Shown here: one piece after another, positions 1 through 12,136 of the stretch
Layout of the letters: every line of letters begins with the position of its first letter
Numbering within the stretch: the stretch's first letter is position 1
Assembly: GCA_038087875.1 (NCBI GenBank)
Contig: CM075992.1
Span: 3,846,001 to 3,910,000 of the forward strand
Direction of reading: 5' to 3'
Length of the DNA stretch: 64,000 nt
Source: Malacoraja senta
Lineage: Eukaryota
The notes under the pieces: generated by a model
The model's database searches: none
The model's input: only the letters and a program-made list of their open reading frames with translations
What the model was told of the DNA's origin: nothing
Position numbers and translations under genes: made by a program

Positions 1-117
1 TTGCTTCAGCACAACAGAACATAGTAGGCATTGACTACAGTGAGATACAGTGAAAAACGTTGTTTTGTTTACAAACCCATGAATCATATTATACACCAGT
101 ATGTTAATGCCATACAT

Positions 118-710
118 AGAAACATAGAAACATAGAAACATAGAAGATAGGTGCAGGAGGAGGCCATTCGGCCCTTCGAGCCAGCACCGCCATTGTGATC
201 ATGGCTGATCGTCCCCAATCAATAACCCATGCCTGCCTTCTCCCCATATCCCTTGATTCCACCAGCCCCTAGAGCTCTATCTAACTCTCTCTTAAATCCA
301 TCCAGTGACTTGGCCTCCACTGCCCTCTGTGGCAGGGAATTCCACAAATTCACAACTCTCTGCGTGAATTTTTTTTTTCTCACCTCAGTCTTAAATGGCC
401 TCCCCTTTATTCTAAGACTGTGGCCCCTGGTTCTGGACTCGCCCAACATTGGGAACATTTTTCCTGCATCTAGCTTGTCCAGTCCTTTTATAATTGTATA
501 TGTTTCTATAAGATTCCCCCCTCATCCTTCTAAACTCCAGTGAATACAAGCCTAGTCTTTTCAATCTTTCCTGATATGACAGTCCCGCCATCCCAGGGAT
601 CAATCTCGTGAACCTACGCTGCACTGCCTCAATCACAAGGATGTCCTTCCTCAAATTAGGAGACCAAAACTGTACACAATACCCCAGATGTGGTCTTACC
701 AGAGCCCTAG
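118..710 (-). mobile_element. CR1 LINE 3' fragment
   Basis: IEAVQRRFTRLIPGMAGLSY...RTRGHSLRI...; (GAAACATA)n tail at 118-145. Confidence 0.92.
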
Positions 711-1341
711 AAGAACCTCTCTACTCCTCAACTCCATATTAATACAACATGTAGTGCAAAAACATTAAGGGTAGAATGCAGAATATATAGTGTTATATTG
801 ATATGTTACAGTGTTAATATGTTGATACTGCCTTAAAAGTGGCCATAACGGTGCACTGAGTCCGCACCGATCACTCGTACACTAGTGCTATCCTCCACAC
901 ACCGGACAATTTACAAAAGCCAATGAACCGACCAAACTTCACGTGTTTGAAGTGTGGGAGGAAACCGGAGCACCCGGAGAAAACCCACGCGGTCACGGGG
1001 AGAACGTACAAATTCCACCCGTAGTCAGGATCGAACCCGGGTCTCTGGCGCTGGGAGGCAGCAACTCTACCGCTGCGTCACCGTGCCCCCTCAAGGTGTG
1101 CGACTGTATGTGGTCAGAGGTGAACAGCGGGGAAACATAGGGAACAGGTGCAGGAGGAGGCCATTTGGCCCTTCGAGCCTCCACCACCAGGGAAGATGGC
1201 GTCTCGGTTTACAGTTCGTGGGCGTTCTCGGGTAACATCTGATCTGTGGTGTTTACATCGCGGTGTCCCAGGGCTTTCGGAGGTGGTGAGACGTTGAGAG
1301 AGAGAGAGATCCAACCGCTACCCTTGCGCCGCAGAGCGGGC

Positions 1342-1511
1342 TCAGCAGTGCCCTGCTGTTCTCTCCGCCTTGACCACGTACCCTTTGGACATCCCTCTGT
1401 TTTTAATAACGGCTGAGTAGCGGAGGATCCAACACGGTGCCCACTGGGCAGTGCCCGGGCCACGCACGCTGGCACCGAGGGCTTCCTGGAACGGTCCCAT
1501 CGGGAGGATAT
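1342..1511 (-). CDS. GCLM: GCLM-like coding exon 7, terminal (DILPMGPFQEALGASVRGPGTAQWAPCWILRYSAVIKNRGMSKGYVVKAERTAGHC*)
   Basis: tttccttccttgcccag acceptor, phase 1, TGA at 1342-1344; matches GCLM FQEAL...WxPxWLLRYS...RG..SKGY. Confidence 0.93.
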
Positions 1512-2363
1512 CTGGGCAAGGAAGGAAACCTCTGTGAAACGTCTAGACTTTAGAGACACAGGCCCTACGGCCCACCGAGATCGTGCCGACCAGCGATCAC
1601 ACTAACACTATCCTACACACACACTAGGGACAATGTACAGTTTTACTGATGCCAATTAACCTACAAACCTGTAGGTCTCTGGAGTGTGGGAGGAAACCGG
1701 AGCACCTGTGCGAGGAAACCCACGCAGGTCACGGGGAGAACGTGCAAACTCCGTACAGACAGCACCCGTAGACAGGAGCCTGGGTCTCTGGTGCTGTGAG
1801 GCAGCAACTCTACCGCTGTGCCACTGTACCGCACAGTCATGCTTATACACAGTGTCATGTGTATAAACCATGTGTTAGGATAGGATAGTGGCGTTTAAAA
1901 GACTTTCAAAGACTTTCATAGCATCTGAGGTCAGGATTGAACCTGGGTCTCTGGTGCTGGGTGGCAGCAACTCTACCAGCTGTACCACTGCGTTGAGGTG
2001 GGACTTGAACCGGTGACTTTTGGCGTAAACTGTCTTCCTGCCGAGGTGATCCGCTGGAGGCTAACCAGCAGCGGAGAACCACGCCTTCTGGAGGACCAGT
2101 GAGAAGCCGAGGCCAGAGCCTGGCGGGTCGACAGAGCCCGGGGCTGGGTCAGCGCCGCGGAGAGGACCCGGGGGCGATAGTGGAGAGGTAGGCGCGGCGG
2201 TCGATGATGGCGTCGACCGACGGACGAGGACGGACACGTGGAAGTGAGGACGCCGCCGTTGAGGGAAGGTACAAAGGAGGAGCCGGCGTGGGGGGGACCG
2301 CTGTGAAGGGGGGAGGAGGGGGGAAGAGCAACGGGGACCCGGCACGGAGGGCGTACGTTGTAC

Positions 2364-4465
2364 ACATTCATTCATTCATTCATTCACTCATTCATTCTTT
2401 CACTCATTCATTCACTCATTCACTCATTCACTCATTCACTCATTCATTCCCTCATTCACTCATTCATTCCTCACTCATTCATTCATTCTTTCACTCATTC
2501 ATTCCCTCATTCACTCATTCATTCCCTCATTCACTCATTCATTCCCTCATTCACTCATTCATTCACTCATTCATTCCCTCATTCACTCATTCATTCCCTC
2601 ATTCACTCATTCATTCCCTCATTCACTCATTCATTCCCTCATTCACTCATTCATTCATTCATTCACTCATTCATTCCCTCATTCACTCATTCATTCCCTC
2701 ATTCACTCATTCATTCCCTCATTCACTCATTCATTCCCTCATTCACTCATTCATTCACTCATTCACTCATTCATTCCCTCATTCACTCATTCATTCCCTC
2801 ATTCACTCATTCATTCACTCATTCATTCCCTCATTCACTCATTCATTCCCTCATTCACTCATTCATTCACTCATTCATTCCCTCATTCACTCATTCATTC
2901 CCTCATTCACTCATTCATTCACTCATTCATTCACTCATTCATTCCCTCATTCACTCATTCATTCCCTCATTCACTCATTCATTCACTCATTCACTCATTC
3001 ATTCCCTCATTCACTCATTCATTCCCTCATTCACTCATTCATTCCCTCATTCACTCATTCATTCACTCATTCATTCCCTCATTCACTCATTCATTCCCTC
3101 ATTCACTCATTCATTCACTCATTCATTCCCTCATTCACTCATTCATTCCCTCATTCACTCATTCATTCACTCATTCATTCACTCATTCATTCATTCATTC
3201 ACTCATTCATCCCTCATTCACTCATTCATTCACTCATTCATTCATTCATTCACTCATTCATTCCCTCATTCACTCATTCATTCCCTCATTCACTCATTCA
3301 TTCCCTCATTCACTCATTCATTCCCTCATTCACTCATTCATTCACTCATTCACTCATTCATTCCCTCATTCACTCATTCATTCCCTCATTCACTCATTCA
3401 TTCACTCATTCATTCCTCATTCACTCACATTCATTCCCTCATTCACTCATTCATTCACTCATTCATTCACTCATTCATTCATTCATTCACTCATTCATTC
3501 CCTCATTCACTCATTCATTCCCTCATTCACTCATTCATTCACTCATTCACTCATTCATTCACTCATTCACTCATTCATTCACTCATTCATTCATTCATTC
3601 ACTCATTCATTCACTCATTCACTCATTCATTCCCTCATTCACTCATTCACTCATTCATTCACTCATTCATTCCCTCATTCACTCATTCATTCCCTCATTC
3701 ACTCATTCATTCCCTCATTCACTCATTCATTCATTCATTCACTCATTCATTCCCTCATTCACTCATTCATTCACTCATTCACTCATTCATTCCCTCATTC
3801 ACTCATTCATTCCCTCATTCACTCATTCATTCACTCATTCATTCATTCATTCACTCATTCATTCCTCATTCACTCATTCATTCCCTCATTCACTCATTCA
3901 TTCCCTCATTCACTCATTCATTCCCTCATTCACTCATTCATTCACTCATTCACTCATTCATTCCCTCATTCACTCATTCATTCCCTCATTCACTCATTCA
4001 TTCACTCATTCATTCCCTCATTCACTCATTCATTCCCTCATTCACTCATTCATTCACTCATTCATTCCCTCATTCACTCATTCATTCCTCATTCACTCAT
4101 TCATTCACTCATTCATTCACTCATTCATTCATTCATTCACTCATTCATTCCCTCATTCACTCATTCATTCCCTCATTCACTCATTCATTCCCTCATTCAC
4201 TCATTCATTCCCTCATTCACTCATTCATTCCCTCATTCACTCATTCATTCACTCATTCACTCATTCATTCCCTCATTCACTCATTCATTCCCTCATTCAC
4301 TCATTCATTCACTCATTCATTCCCTCATTCACTCATTCATTCCCTCATTCACTCATTCATTCACTCATTCATTCCCTCATTCACTCATTCATTCCCTCAT
4401 TCACTCATTCACTCACTCATTCATTCACTCATTCACTCATTCATTCATTCACTCATTCACTCATT
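2364..4465. repeat. 2.1-kb compound tetranucleotide microsatellite (CATT/CACT/CCCT)
   Basis: Directly visible; dominant higher-order unit CATTCACTCATTCATTCCCT (20 bp); lies in GCLM-like intron 6. Confidence 0.98.
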
Positions 4466-4500
4466 GATACCAACGCAGGAAGAACATGAGGATACTTCAC

Positions 4501-4615
4501 CTGTGGGGTCATTGTGGGTCAACAGTTGAATGTTGTTCTCACTGGCGAAGGTGGTGAGATCAGGTGGTATTACACAGCAGGAGGCCAGGTTCACCTGGCA
4601 ACTACTTGGCTGTAC
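4501..4615 (-). CDS. GCLM: GCLM-like coding exon 6 (VQPSSCQVNLASCCVIPPDLTTFASENNIQLLTHNDPT)
   Basis: ttttctctgccctag acceptor, CAG|GTGAAG donor, 115 nt, phase 0-1; near-diagnostic GCLM motif QVNLASCCVxPPDL...IQLLTHNDP. Confidence 0.96.
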
Positions 4616-5084
4616 CTAGGGCAGAGAAAACCTGGGTTAGAACAGTAGCAGAAGGAAGTGGTCAGGTCAGGAGGAGTTCCCCCTGCCACGGGTACCATGT
4701 AATCCCGTGCTACCCGCTCCATGGTCGGATAGTCGGCGACTAAACCATCTCCCCCACCTGGTTTGCCAGGTGAGGAGGGGGCTGTGGACCCCCAGCAGGA
4801 CCAAAAGCAACACCTGTCAAAGGGCGGATGAGCTTCTAGCAAGCCAACGGCCATCCACACTTCAGTGGAAGTTGCAATCACTGTCGTTTATAGCATTGTA
4901 AGGAATGAAAGCACACACACACCAAAATCCTGTACTTCCAGCGGCGGAAGTCCGCAGGAACTGGAGGACAGAGATGTGTGGTGCGTCCGTCACCGTTCCC
5001 GTCGGAAACCAGCACCACTGCATCGCTAATGTTTTCAACAATGATGATGATGAAGAAAGTAGTGGGCAACATGTAGATTCAATG

Positions 5085-5325
5085 TGCAGGAAGGAACTGT
5101 GGATGCTGGTTTAAACCGAAGGTAGACACAAAATGCTGGAGTAACTCAGCGGGACAGGCAGCATCTCTGGAGAGAAGGAATGGGTGACGTTTCGTGACGA
5201 GACCCTTCATCAGACACATAGTGTCATAGAGTCTGAAGAAGGGTCTCGACCCGAAACATCACCCATTCCTTCTCTCCAGAGATGCTGCCTGTCCCGCTGA
5301 GTTACTCCAGCATTTGGTGTCTGGC
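5085..5325. mobile_element. Penelope-derived terminal repeats in inverted arrangement
   Basis: Arms GACACAAAATGCTGGAGTAACTCAGCGGGACAGGCAGCATCTCTGG...; the same palindromic layout occurs at ~9141-9331, 22700-22860, 54505-54740 and 61068-61215. Confidence 0.7.
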
Positions 5326-6025
5326 TTCCATATATATATATAATATATATATAATATATATATACACAATTTTTTCATAATTTATAATTTATATATAATA
5401 TATATATACACAATTTTTTTTCATTTCATTCATTGCTTTCGTTTCATTTTCTAGTTTTCCATCTGGTACATAAAAAAATTAACAGTGAACAAACTACAGC
5501 ATGACATTTGAACTTTGAATTAATATTAATATTCAAGGCTTACAATATTGTGCCATCTTACATGTATCCTGAAGAAACAGAGGGGACCTCATTGAAACTT
5601 ACTGAATAGGGAAAGGCTTGGATAGAGTCGATGTGGAGAGGATGTCTCCACTAGTGGGAGAGTCTAGGACTAGAGGTCACAGCCTCAGAATTAAAGGATG
5701 TTCCTTTGGGAAGATGAGCAGAAATTTCTTTAGTTAGAGGGTGGTGAATCTATGGAATTCATTGCCACAGATGGCAGTGGAGGCCAATTGATATTTTTAA
5801 GGCGGAGATTGACAGGTTCTTGATTAATAAGGGCGTTGATGGTTATGGGGAGAAGGCAGGAGAATGGGGTTGAGATAGATCAGCCATGATTGAATGTCGG
5901 AGCAGACCTGATGGGCCGAATAGCCTAATTCAGCTCCCATGACATGAACTTGGATGAGCAAAGGGGTGGGGGGGATGGGTGGTGTCAGGGAACAGGCTAA
6001 TGAGCAACGCAAGGTGTGTTTGTAC

Positions 6026-6227
6026 CTGAGCATTTAGGCAAAGGGCCTCTAGCAGTTGGTGGTCCAGGTCGGACACTCCGATAGACGACACCTTCTTCTC
6101 TTGGACCAGAGCCTCCATCTCCTCCCAGAGAGGCTGCAGCTTCTCCAGGATCGGCACTCACCTCCGGACAGTGGGGGCAGGGCCAGGATGACGGAGTCCA
6201 ACTGAGTCACTCCCAGCTCCAGGCAGG
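6026..6227 (-). CDS. GCLM: GCLM-like coding exon 5 with an apparent 1-nt deletion (ACLELGVTQLDSVILALPPLSGGE / PILEKLQPLWEEMEALVQEKKVSSIGVSDLDHQLLEALCLNAQ)
   Basis: gatttgcag acceptor and CAG|GTACA donor; aldo-keto-reductase-fold motifs LGVxQLDSVI and IGVSDLD. The exon is 202 nt where the flanking phases require 203; the frame shifts near 6156-6159. Confidence 0.92.
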
Positions 6228-6399
6228 CTGCAAATCAACAACGAACACCTGCCCTTAGTCCTCACCTGAAGGACAGCGCATTGGCTGGACTCCAAATATA
6301 TAGAGCGTCCAGTCATAGGGTGGAAACAGGCCCAACTTGCCCAGACCAACCAACATGTCCCATCTAGACTAGTCCCACCAGCCTGTGTGTGGCCGTGTG

Positions 6400-6817
6400 C
6401 GGACGTGGCATCGAAGGACGAGAAGCGGAAGCAAAGAAGTGGAAGCCAAATAGCCGAATGGAAACGAAGCTGAAACGCCAAATAACCGAAAGCGTACGAA
6501 GCCAGAACGCCAACGAACCGAAAGGGCGGGACGCCGAAAAGCCAACTCACAGAATGCCGCTCTGCCGAAAAGTCAAATAATGGCTTGTGTGGGAAACCCC
6601 ACTCTTCCGTCTCCACCGGCCAGTGATGTGATGGACGCAGAGGTCGGGAACAATCGCCCCCCGGCGACGTCATGTCCGTTATTTGACTTTTCGGCAGAGC
6701 GGCATTCGGTGAGTGCGTCCCACCCTTTCGGTTAGTTGGCGTTTCGGCTTTGTTTCCATTCGGCTATTTGGCGTCGACTTCTTTGCTCCGGCTTCTCCTC
6801 CTTCGACGCCAAGTCCG
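6400..6817. mobile_element. CpG-rich palindromic MITE of unassigned superfamily, inserted in a CR1 tail
   Basis: Arms CGGACGTGGCATCGAAGGACGAGAAGC...CTGCCGAAAAGTCAAATAA and their reverse complement at 6679-6817. Confidence 0.75.
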
Positions 6818-7370
6818 GGTACCGTGTTTGGCTCATATCCCCCTAAATCTGTCCTATCCATGTACCTGTCCAAATGTTTCTTAAACGTTGCGGTAGTCCC
6901 AGCCTCAACTACCTCCTCCGGCAGCTCGTTCCACACACCCACCACCCTTTGCGTGAAAAAGTTACCCCTCAGGTTCTTATTAAATCTTTCTCCCCTCACC
7001 TTAAACCTGTGTCCTCTGGTTCTCGATTCCCCTACTCAGGGCAAGAGACTCTGTGCGTCTACCCGATCTATTCCTCTCATGATATTTTGTGCACGTCTGT
7101 GGAGTATTATCTGACATGACTGGACAACTTGAAGCTATTCACTGTACCTGGATACGCGTGACAAAATGAAACCTAAACCTAGACCAGCCCATTGGCACCA
7201 AGCACCTCACCATAGATCTAGCCAGCTTAGTCCCACCTTCCATCACCAGCCCTGCAGGACACCAAAGTTTCAGTGTAACAAACTACAACAATTTCCCTGT
7301 GTAACTAAGGTTGACAAAAATGCTGGAGAAACTCAGCGGGTGAGGCAGCATCTATGGAGCGAAGGAAATA

Positions 7371-7403
7371 GGTGACGTTTCGGGTCGAGACCCTTCTTCA
7401 GAC
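7371..7403 (-). ncRNA. Minimal hammerhead motif, sense to GCLM-like intron 4 (representative minus-strand copy)
   Basis: GU-CUGAAGA-A-GGGUC(UC)GACCC-GAAA-CGUC-ACC; further minus copies at ~5184, 9962, 11809, 20848, 21417, 31850, 51924, 52095. Confidence 0.65.
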
Positions 7404-8362
7404 ATTTTTGTCTACCTTCGATCTTTCCAGCATCTGCAATTCTTTCTTAAACACCCTGTGTAACTGAGTTTAATTTGTGTTTATTATCATGTGCAGGTAC
7501 AGTGAATAGCTTGAGGAAAAACGCTTCCACCCAGGGAGTTGTGAATCTGTGGAATTCTCTGCCACAGAAGGCAGTGGAGGCCAATTCACTGGATGTTTTC
7601 AAGAGAGAGTTAGATAGAGCTCTAAGGGGTTAACGGAATCAAGGGATATGGGAGAAAGCAGGAACGGGGTACTGATTTTAGATGATCAGCCATGATCATA
7701 TTGAATGGTTGGCTGGCTCGAAGGGACGAATGGCCTACTCGTGCACCTATTTTCTATGTTTATAATTTAGTTTAGAGATACAGGCCTTAATTCCATTAGC
7801 CCTAAGAGCTATATCGAACTCTGTCTTGACACAAAGTGCTGGAATAACTCAGTGGGTCCGGCAGCACCTCTGGAAAACATGGATTGGTGATGTTTTGGGT
7901 TGGGACCCCTTCTTCAGACTCTTGTTTTTTGATGAGTGAATGGGGGCCTGAAAGTTATTAAAAAGTTGAAGGGTGTGAGTGCTGTCTCGGATGTAGGCAG
8001 TGGAGGCCAATTCACTGGATGTTTTCAAGAGAGAGTTAGATACAGCTCTTAGGGCTAACGGAATCAAGGGATATGGGGAGAAAGCAGGAACGTGGTACTG
8101 ATTTAGGATGATCTGCCGTGATCATATTGAATGGCGGTGCTGGCTCGAATGGCCGAATGGCCTACTCCTGCACCTATTGTTCTATGTTTCTATGTTTTGT
8201 TGCATGCCAGCTAACCACCCTCAGAAAGACAATACATGATTCACTCGAGCCATCCAAATGAAATTGATACATGATAAAGTGATTAAGGTGATTAGCTGCC
8301 CCATGCAGTTAGAGGAGATTTACTTGCCAGCCCATGGGAGAGTCCACATTGGCTCCACCTAC

Positions 8363-8419
8363 CTCTGCTCGCACTCTCTTTGATCATCCCAGGTTCGAAG
8401 CTGTAGATGAAGAGTTTGG
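8363..8419 (-). CDS. GCLM: GCLM-like coding exon 4 (AKLFIYSFEPGMIKESASR)
   Basis: Pyrimidine tract plus tcag acceptor, AGAG|GTAGG donor, 57 nt, phase 1-1; conserved AKLFI motif. Confidence 0.9.
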
Positions 8420-8541
8420 CTGAGGAAGATAGAGAGAGGGTGAGCAGGTAGGTATTCACACAAACAAGCCCCAAGCTCTGTAGAGACAAGGAACTGCAGT
8501 TGCAGGTTTATAACAAAATAAGACACAAAGTGCTGGAGTAA

Positions 8542-9467
8542 AGGCCCTGTCCCACTTACGTGTCCTTGGCACGCAAATCACGCGACCTCGTGGTCGCGTT
8601 GAGGCGCACGGGCATCGTGTGGCCGCGCGGGGCCGGTCCCACTGAGAAGCGCGGAGGGGTATGTAGTTGTGCGCGACATCGCGCGGGGCTCCAAAATTTT
8701 GTAGTGAACTAAATCTTCGCGCCTGTCGCGTAACTGACGGCCAAAGTGGGACAGGCCCAAGACCCTGGCGCAACGCAACGTCTCACCTCCAACCACAGAA
8801 AAAGCAGGCAAACGATCGCCAAGCTCGGCCTGGGGCTCACGGCCGTTGCGGTCCGGATCTGCCCCCACTTCTACTCCCAGAGCGGGGCCAAGAGAGGGAA
8901 CACGCGGTGTCCACGGGGACTGTGGAGGCCTTCTGTGAACGCTGGTCACCACAGGAGGTTGAATATATTATAGATAAAAATGTTAATATTTTAATTTGAT
9001 AATTTTGTGTAAGTGTTTTTTAAATTGTGTGAGCTTTCTACCCTTCCTTGTAAATTGTACATTTGTTTAAAAATCGAATAAAAAAAACATTTACGGAAAA
9101 AAAAAAAAAGAAAAAAAAAGAGCGGGGTCAAGAAAATTCAAGATAGACGCAAAATGCTGGAGTAACTCAGCGGGACCGGCAGCATCTCTGGAGAGAAGCA
9201 ATGGGTGACGTTTCGGGTCAAGACCCTTCTTTCAGACTGAAGAATGGTCTCGACCCGAAACATCACCCATTCCTTCTCTCCACAGATGCTGCCGGTCCCG
9301 CTGAGTTACTCCAGCATTTTGCGTCCATCTACAAATCACGTCACGCGCTCCAGACGGCTGTGCGGGCGCATGAAGTCGCGCACGACCTTCACGGGACCGT
9401 CGCGCCTCAACGCGACCACGAGGTCGCGTAATTAGCATGCCAAGGACACGTAAGTAGGACAGGGGCT
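8542..9467. mobile_element. PIF/Harbinger-type MITE carrying nested insertions
   Basis: Long TIRs beginning AGGCCCTGTCCCACTTACGTGTCCTTGGCA; TAA duplicated at 8539-8541 and 9468-9470. Confidence 0.82.
8893..9118 (+). mobile_element. Tx1/L1 3' fragment nearly identical to 53209-53823
   Basis: Same terminal peptide EREHAVSTGTVEAFCERWSPQEVEYIIDKNVNILI*, AATAAA plus poly(A), TSD-like AGAGCGGGG(C/T)CAAGA. Confidence 0.88.
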
Positions 9468-10261
9468 TAACTCAGCGGGTCAGGCAGCAACCCTGGAGAC
9501 CACGGATAGGTGGGGACCTTTATTCAGACTCTTTCTTCTTTAGTAAGGTCACCTATCCATGTGTAGAGCTGTTCTATGTTCTATGTTCTAGTTCTCCAGT
9601 GGTTGAGTGATCTAAACTAATGTACAGGTTTAGTTTAGTTTTGTTTAGAGATACAACGTGGAAGCCGGCCCTTCGGCCCAGTGAATCCGTGCTGACCAAC
9701 AAACGCCCCATACACCAGTTCTACTCTACACGCTAGGGAGAATTTACAGAAGCCAGTTAACCTACAAAGCTGCAGGTCTTTGGAGTGTGGGAGGAAACCG
9801 GAGCACCCGGAGAAAACCCACGCGGGTCAATAGACAGTAGGTGCAGGAGAAGGCCATTCGGCCCATCGAGCCAGCACCACCATTCACTGCGATCATAGGT
9901 AGACAAAAATGCTGGAGAAAATCAGCGGGTGAGGCAGCATCTATGGAGCAAAGGAAATAGGTGACACTTCGGGTCGAGACCCTTCTTCAGACTGATGTAG
10001 GGGAGGGTGGGGGCAGGAAGAAGAAGCTGTGATCATGGCTGATCATCCACAATCAGTACCCCGTTCCTGCCCTCTCCCCATATCCCCTGACTCCGCTATC
10101 ACGGGGAGAACGTACAAACTCCATACAGACACCACCCGAGGTTAGAATCGAACGTGGGGTCTCTGGCGCTGTGAGGCCACCGTGCCGTCCAGGGACGGGC
10201 GCCTAAACTATTTCCGCAGATCCCGTAGATCCAACACCAGCTCCCTCGATGAGAGACCTAC

Positions 10262-10346
10262 CGGAGAGTTTGATGTCTTCTCTCTCTTTGGCTCCAATCC
10301 TCTCGTTCTCCTGCATTAGGCTGCAAACAGCATGCTCAGCTACTGC
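10262..10346 (-). CDS. GCLM: GCLM-like coding exon 3 (AVAEHAVCSLMQENERIGAKEREDIKLS)
   Basis: ttgtcag acceptor, G|GTAGG donor, 85 nt, phase 0-1; matches GCLM ...ECTVSHAVEKINPDEREEMKVS. Confidence 0.9.
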
Positions 10347-10537
10347 CTGACAAAATAACAAGAGAATTAAGACTGCATTTAATAAGTAATAAAGAGAGGA
10401 CACAGTGGTGCAGCTGGTGGAGCCACTGCCTCCCAGCAACAGAGACCCAGGTTCGATTCTGACCTCGGGTGCCATCTATATGGAGTTTGCATGTTCTCCC
10501 TGCGACTGCTAGGGTTTCGCTCGGGTGCTCCGGTTTC

Positions 10538-11145
10538 CATATAACCATATAACCATATAACAATTACAGCACGGAAACAGGCCATCTCGGCCCTTCTAGT
10601 CCGTGCCGAAGCCTTACTCTCACCGTCCAATCTACATGCACTCAGACCATAACCCTCCATTCCTTTCCCGTCCATATACCTATCCAATTTATTTTTAAAT
10701 AATAAAATCAAACCTGCCTCCACCACTTCCACTGGAAGCTCATTCCACACAGCTACCACTCTCTGAGTAAAGAAGTTCCCCCTCAAGGTTTCGGCCTGCA
10801 ACGTTGCCTATTTCCTTCGCTCCATAGATGCTGCTGCACCCGCTGAGTTTCTCCAGCATTTTTGTGTACCTTCAAGTTACCCCAAAACTTTTGTCCCTTA
10901 ATTCTCAAATCATGTCCTCTTGTTTGAATCTTCCCTACTCTCAATGGAAAAAGCTTATCCACGTCAACTCTGTCTATCCCTCTCATCATTTTAAAGACCT
11001 CTATCAAGTCCCCCCTTAACCTTCCGCGCTCCAAAGAATAAAGACCTATCTTGTTCAACCTTTCTCTGTAGCTAAGGTGCTGAAACCCAGGCAACATTCT
11101 AGTAAATCTCCTCCGCACTCTCTCTATTTTGTTGACATCTTTCTT
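10538..11145 (-). mobile_element. CR1 LINE 3' fragment interrupted by a Penelope repeat (~10786-10874)
   Basis: IERVRRRFTRMLPG...LRGDLIEVFK...GNFFTQRVV; (ATAACCAT)n tail. Confidence 0.85.
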
Positions 11146-11532
11146 ATAATTTTCCTCCCACATCCCAAAGACGTGCGGGTTTTTGTAGGATGATTAACCC
11201 TCTGTAACTTGCCCCTAATGAGTAGGGAGTGGACGAGAGAGTGGGATAAGATAGAATTGGTGTGCAAAATTGCTGGAGAAACTCAGCGGGTGCTGCCGCA
11301 CCCGCTGAGTTTCTCCAGCAATTTTGTCTACCTTCGATTCTCCAGCATCTGCAGTTTCTTCTTGAACATAGAATTGGTGTGAACAGGTGATGGTTGGTCA
11401 GCGTGGACACGAAGGGCCGAACGGCCTGTATTCACGCTGTATCTCTAAACTAAATGAAGCAAACTGAAAGAGTCAGAGGGTAATTAACAAGGCAAGCACG
11501 AGTGCAATCTCAATAAATGAGATCAGTCTTAC

Positions 11533-11604
11533 CTTCAGTTCAACTTGATCACGGTTGAACTTTGAAACCCATTCACCCAAAGCAGCCTTGATGCAGTCCA
11601 GAAT
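11533..11604 (-). CDS. GCLM: GCLM-like coding exon 2 (ILDCIKAALGEWVSKFNRDQVELK)
   Basis: ttctag acceptor, AAG|GTAAGA donor, 72 nt, phase 0-0; matches GCLM LHDCIQKTLNEWSSQIN. Confidence 0.9.
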
Positions 11605-12136
11605 CTAGAAATATCGTTTTTACATCAAGCGTTAGTTCACAAAGTGGCTGAGACGACAAGTTAATGGATGATATGAAGATCTAGGATTTGCATATTGCTT
11701 TAATTTACACATCGTGCTTCATGGGAGATTAATCAGCCAGGACCTAACGTCAAAGATCGACGCAAAAAGCTGGAGTAACTCAGCGGGACAGGCAGCATCT
11801 CTGGATGGGTGACGTTTCGGGTCGAGACCCTTCTTCAGACTCCTTTTCCTCACACACTGCAAATGGGTGCAGGTTTATAGGTTAATTGGCTTCAGTAAAA
11901 TTGTAACTTGTCCCAAGTGTGTAGGATAGTGCTAGTGTACGGGATGGTCGTTGTGTCAGCTCGGACTCGGTGGATGGAAAGTCTGTTTCTGCGCTGTGTG
12001 TCTAAAGTCTAAAGGCTAGACGCACAAAGTATAATATGTTCATGAACTAGTACTGACTGCCGCCCCATCTACTTTCTTATGTCCTTCTATTCTGAGGTAG
12101 CGAACATCTGATCCGTTGTATTGTGAGGCTATTATT

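Noticed and set aside
2204..4529. 761-aa and 723-aa His/Ser/Phe-rich ORFs
   Set aside because: They are translations of the stop-free CATT/CACT/CCCT microsatellite, antisense within GCLM-like intron 6; there is no coding signal.
4925..5030. CpG/ETS-rich patch (GGCGGAAGT, CGGAAAC) as an internal promoter in GCLM-like intron 5
   Set aside because: Only short motifs, with no supporting exon or TSS evidence.
6143..6161. Micro-intron starting at GTGAGT that would repair the exon 5 frameshift
   Set aside because: The nearest AG gives an intron of about 19 nt, too short for vertebrate splicing, and it would delete residues that align with GCLM.
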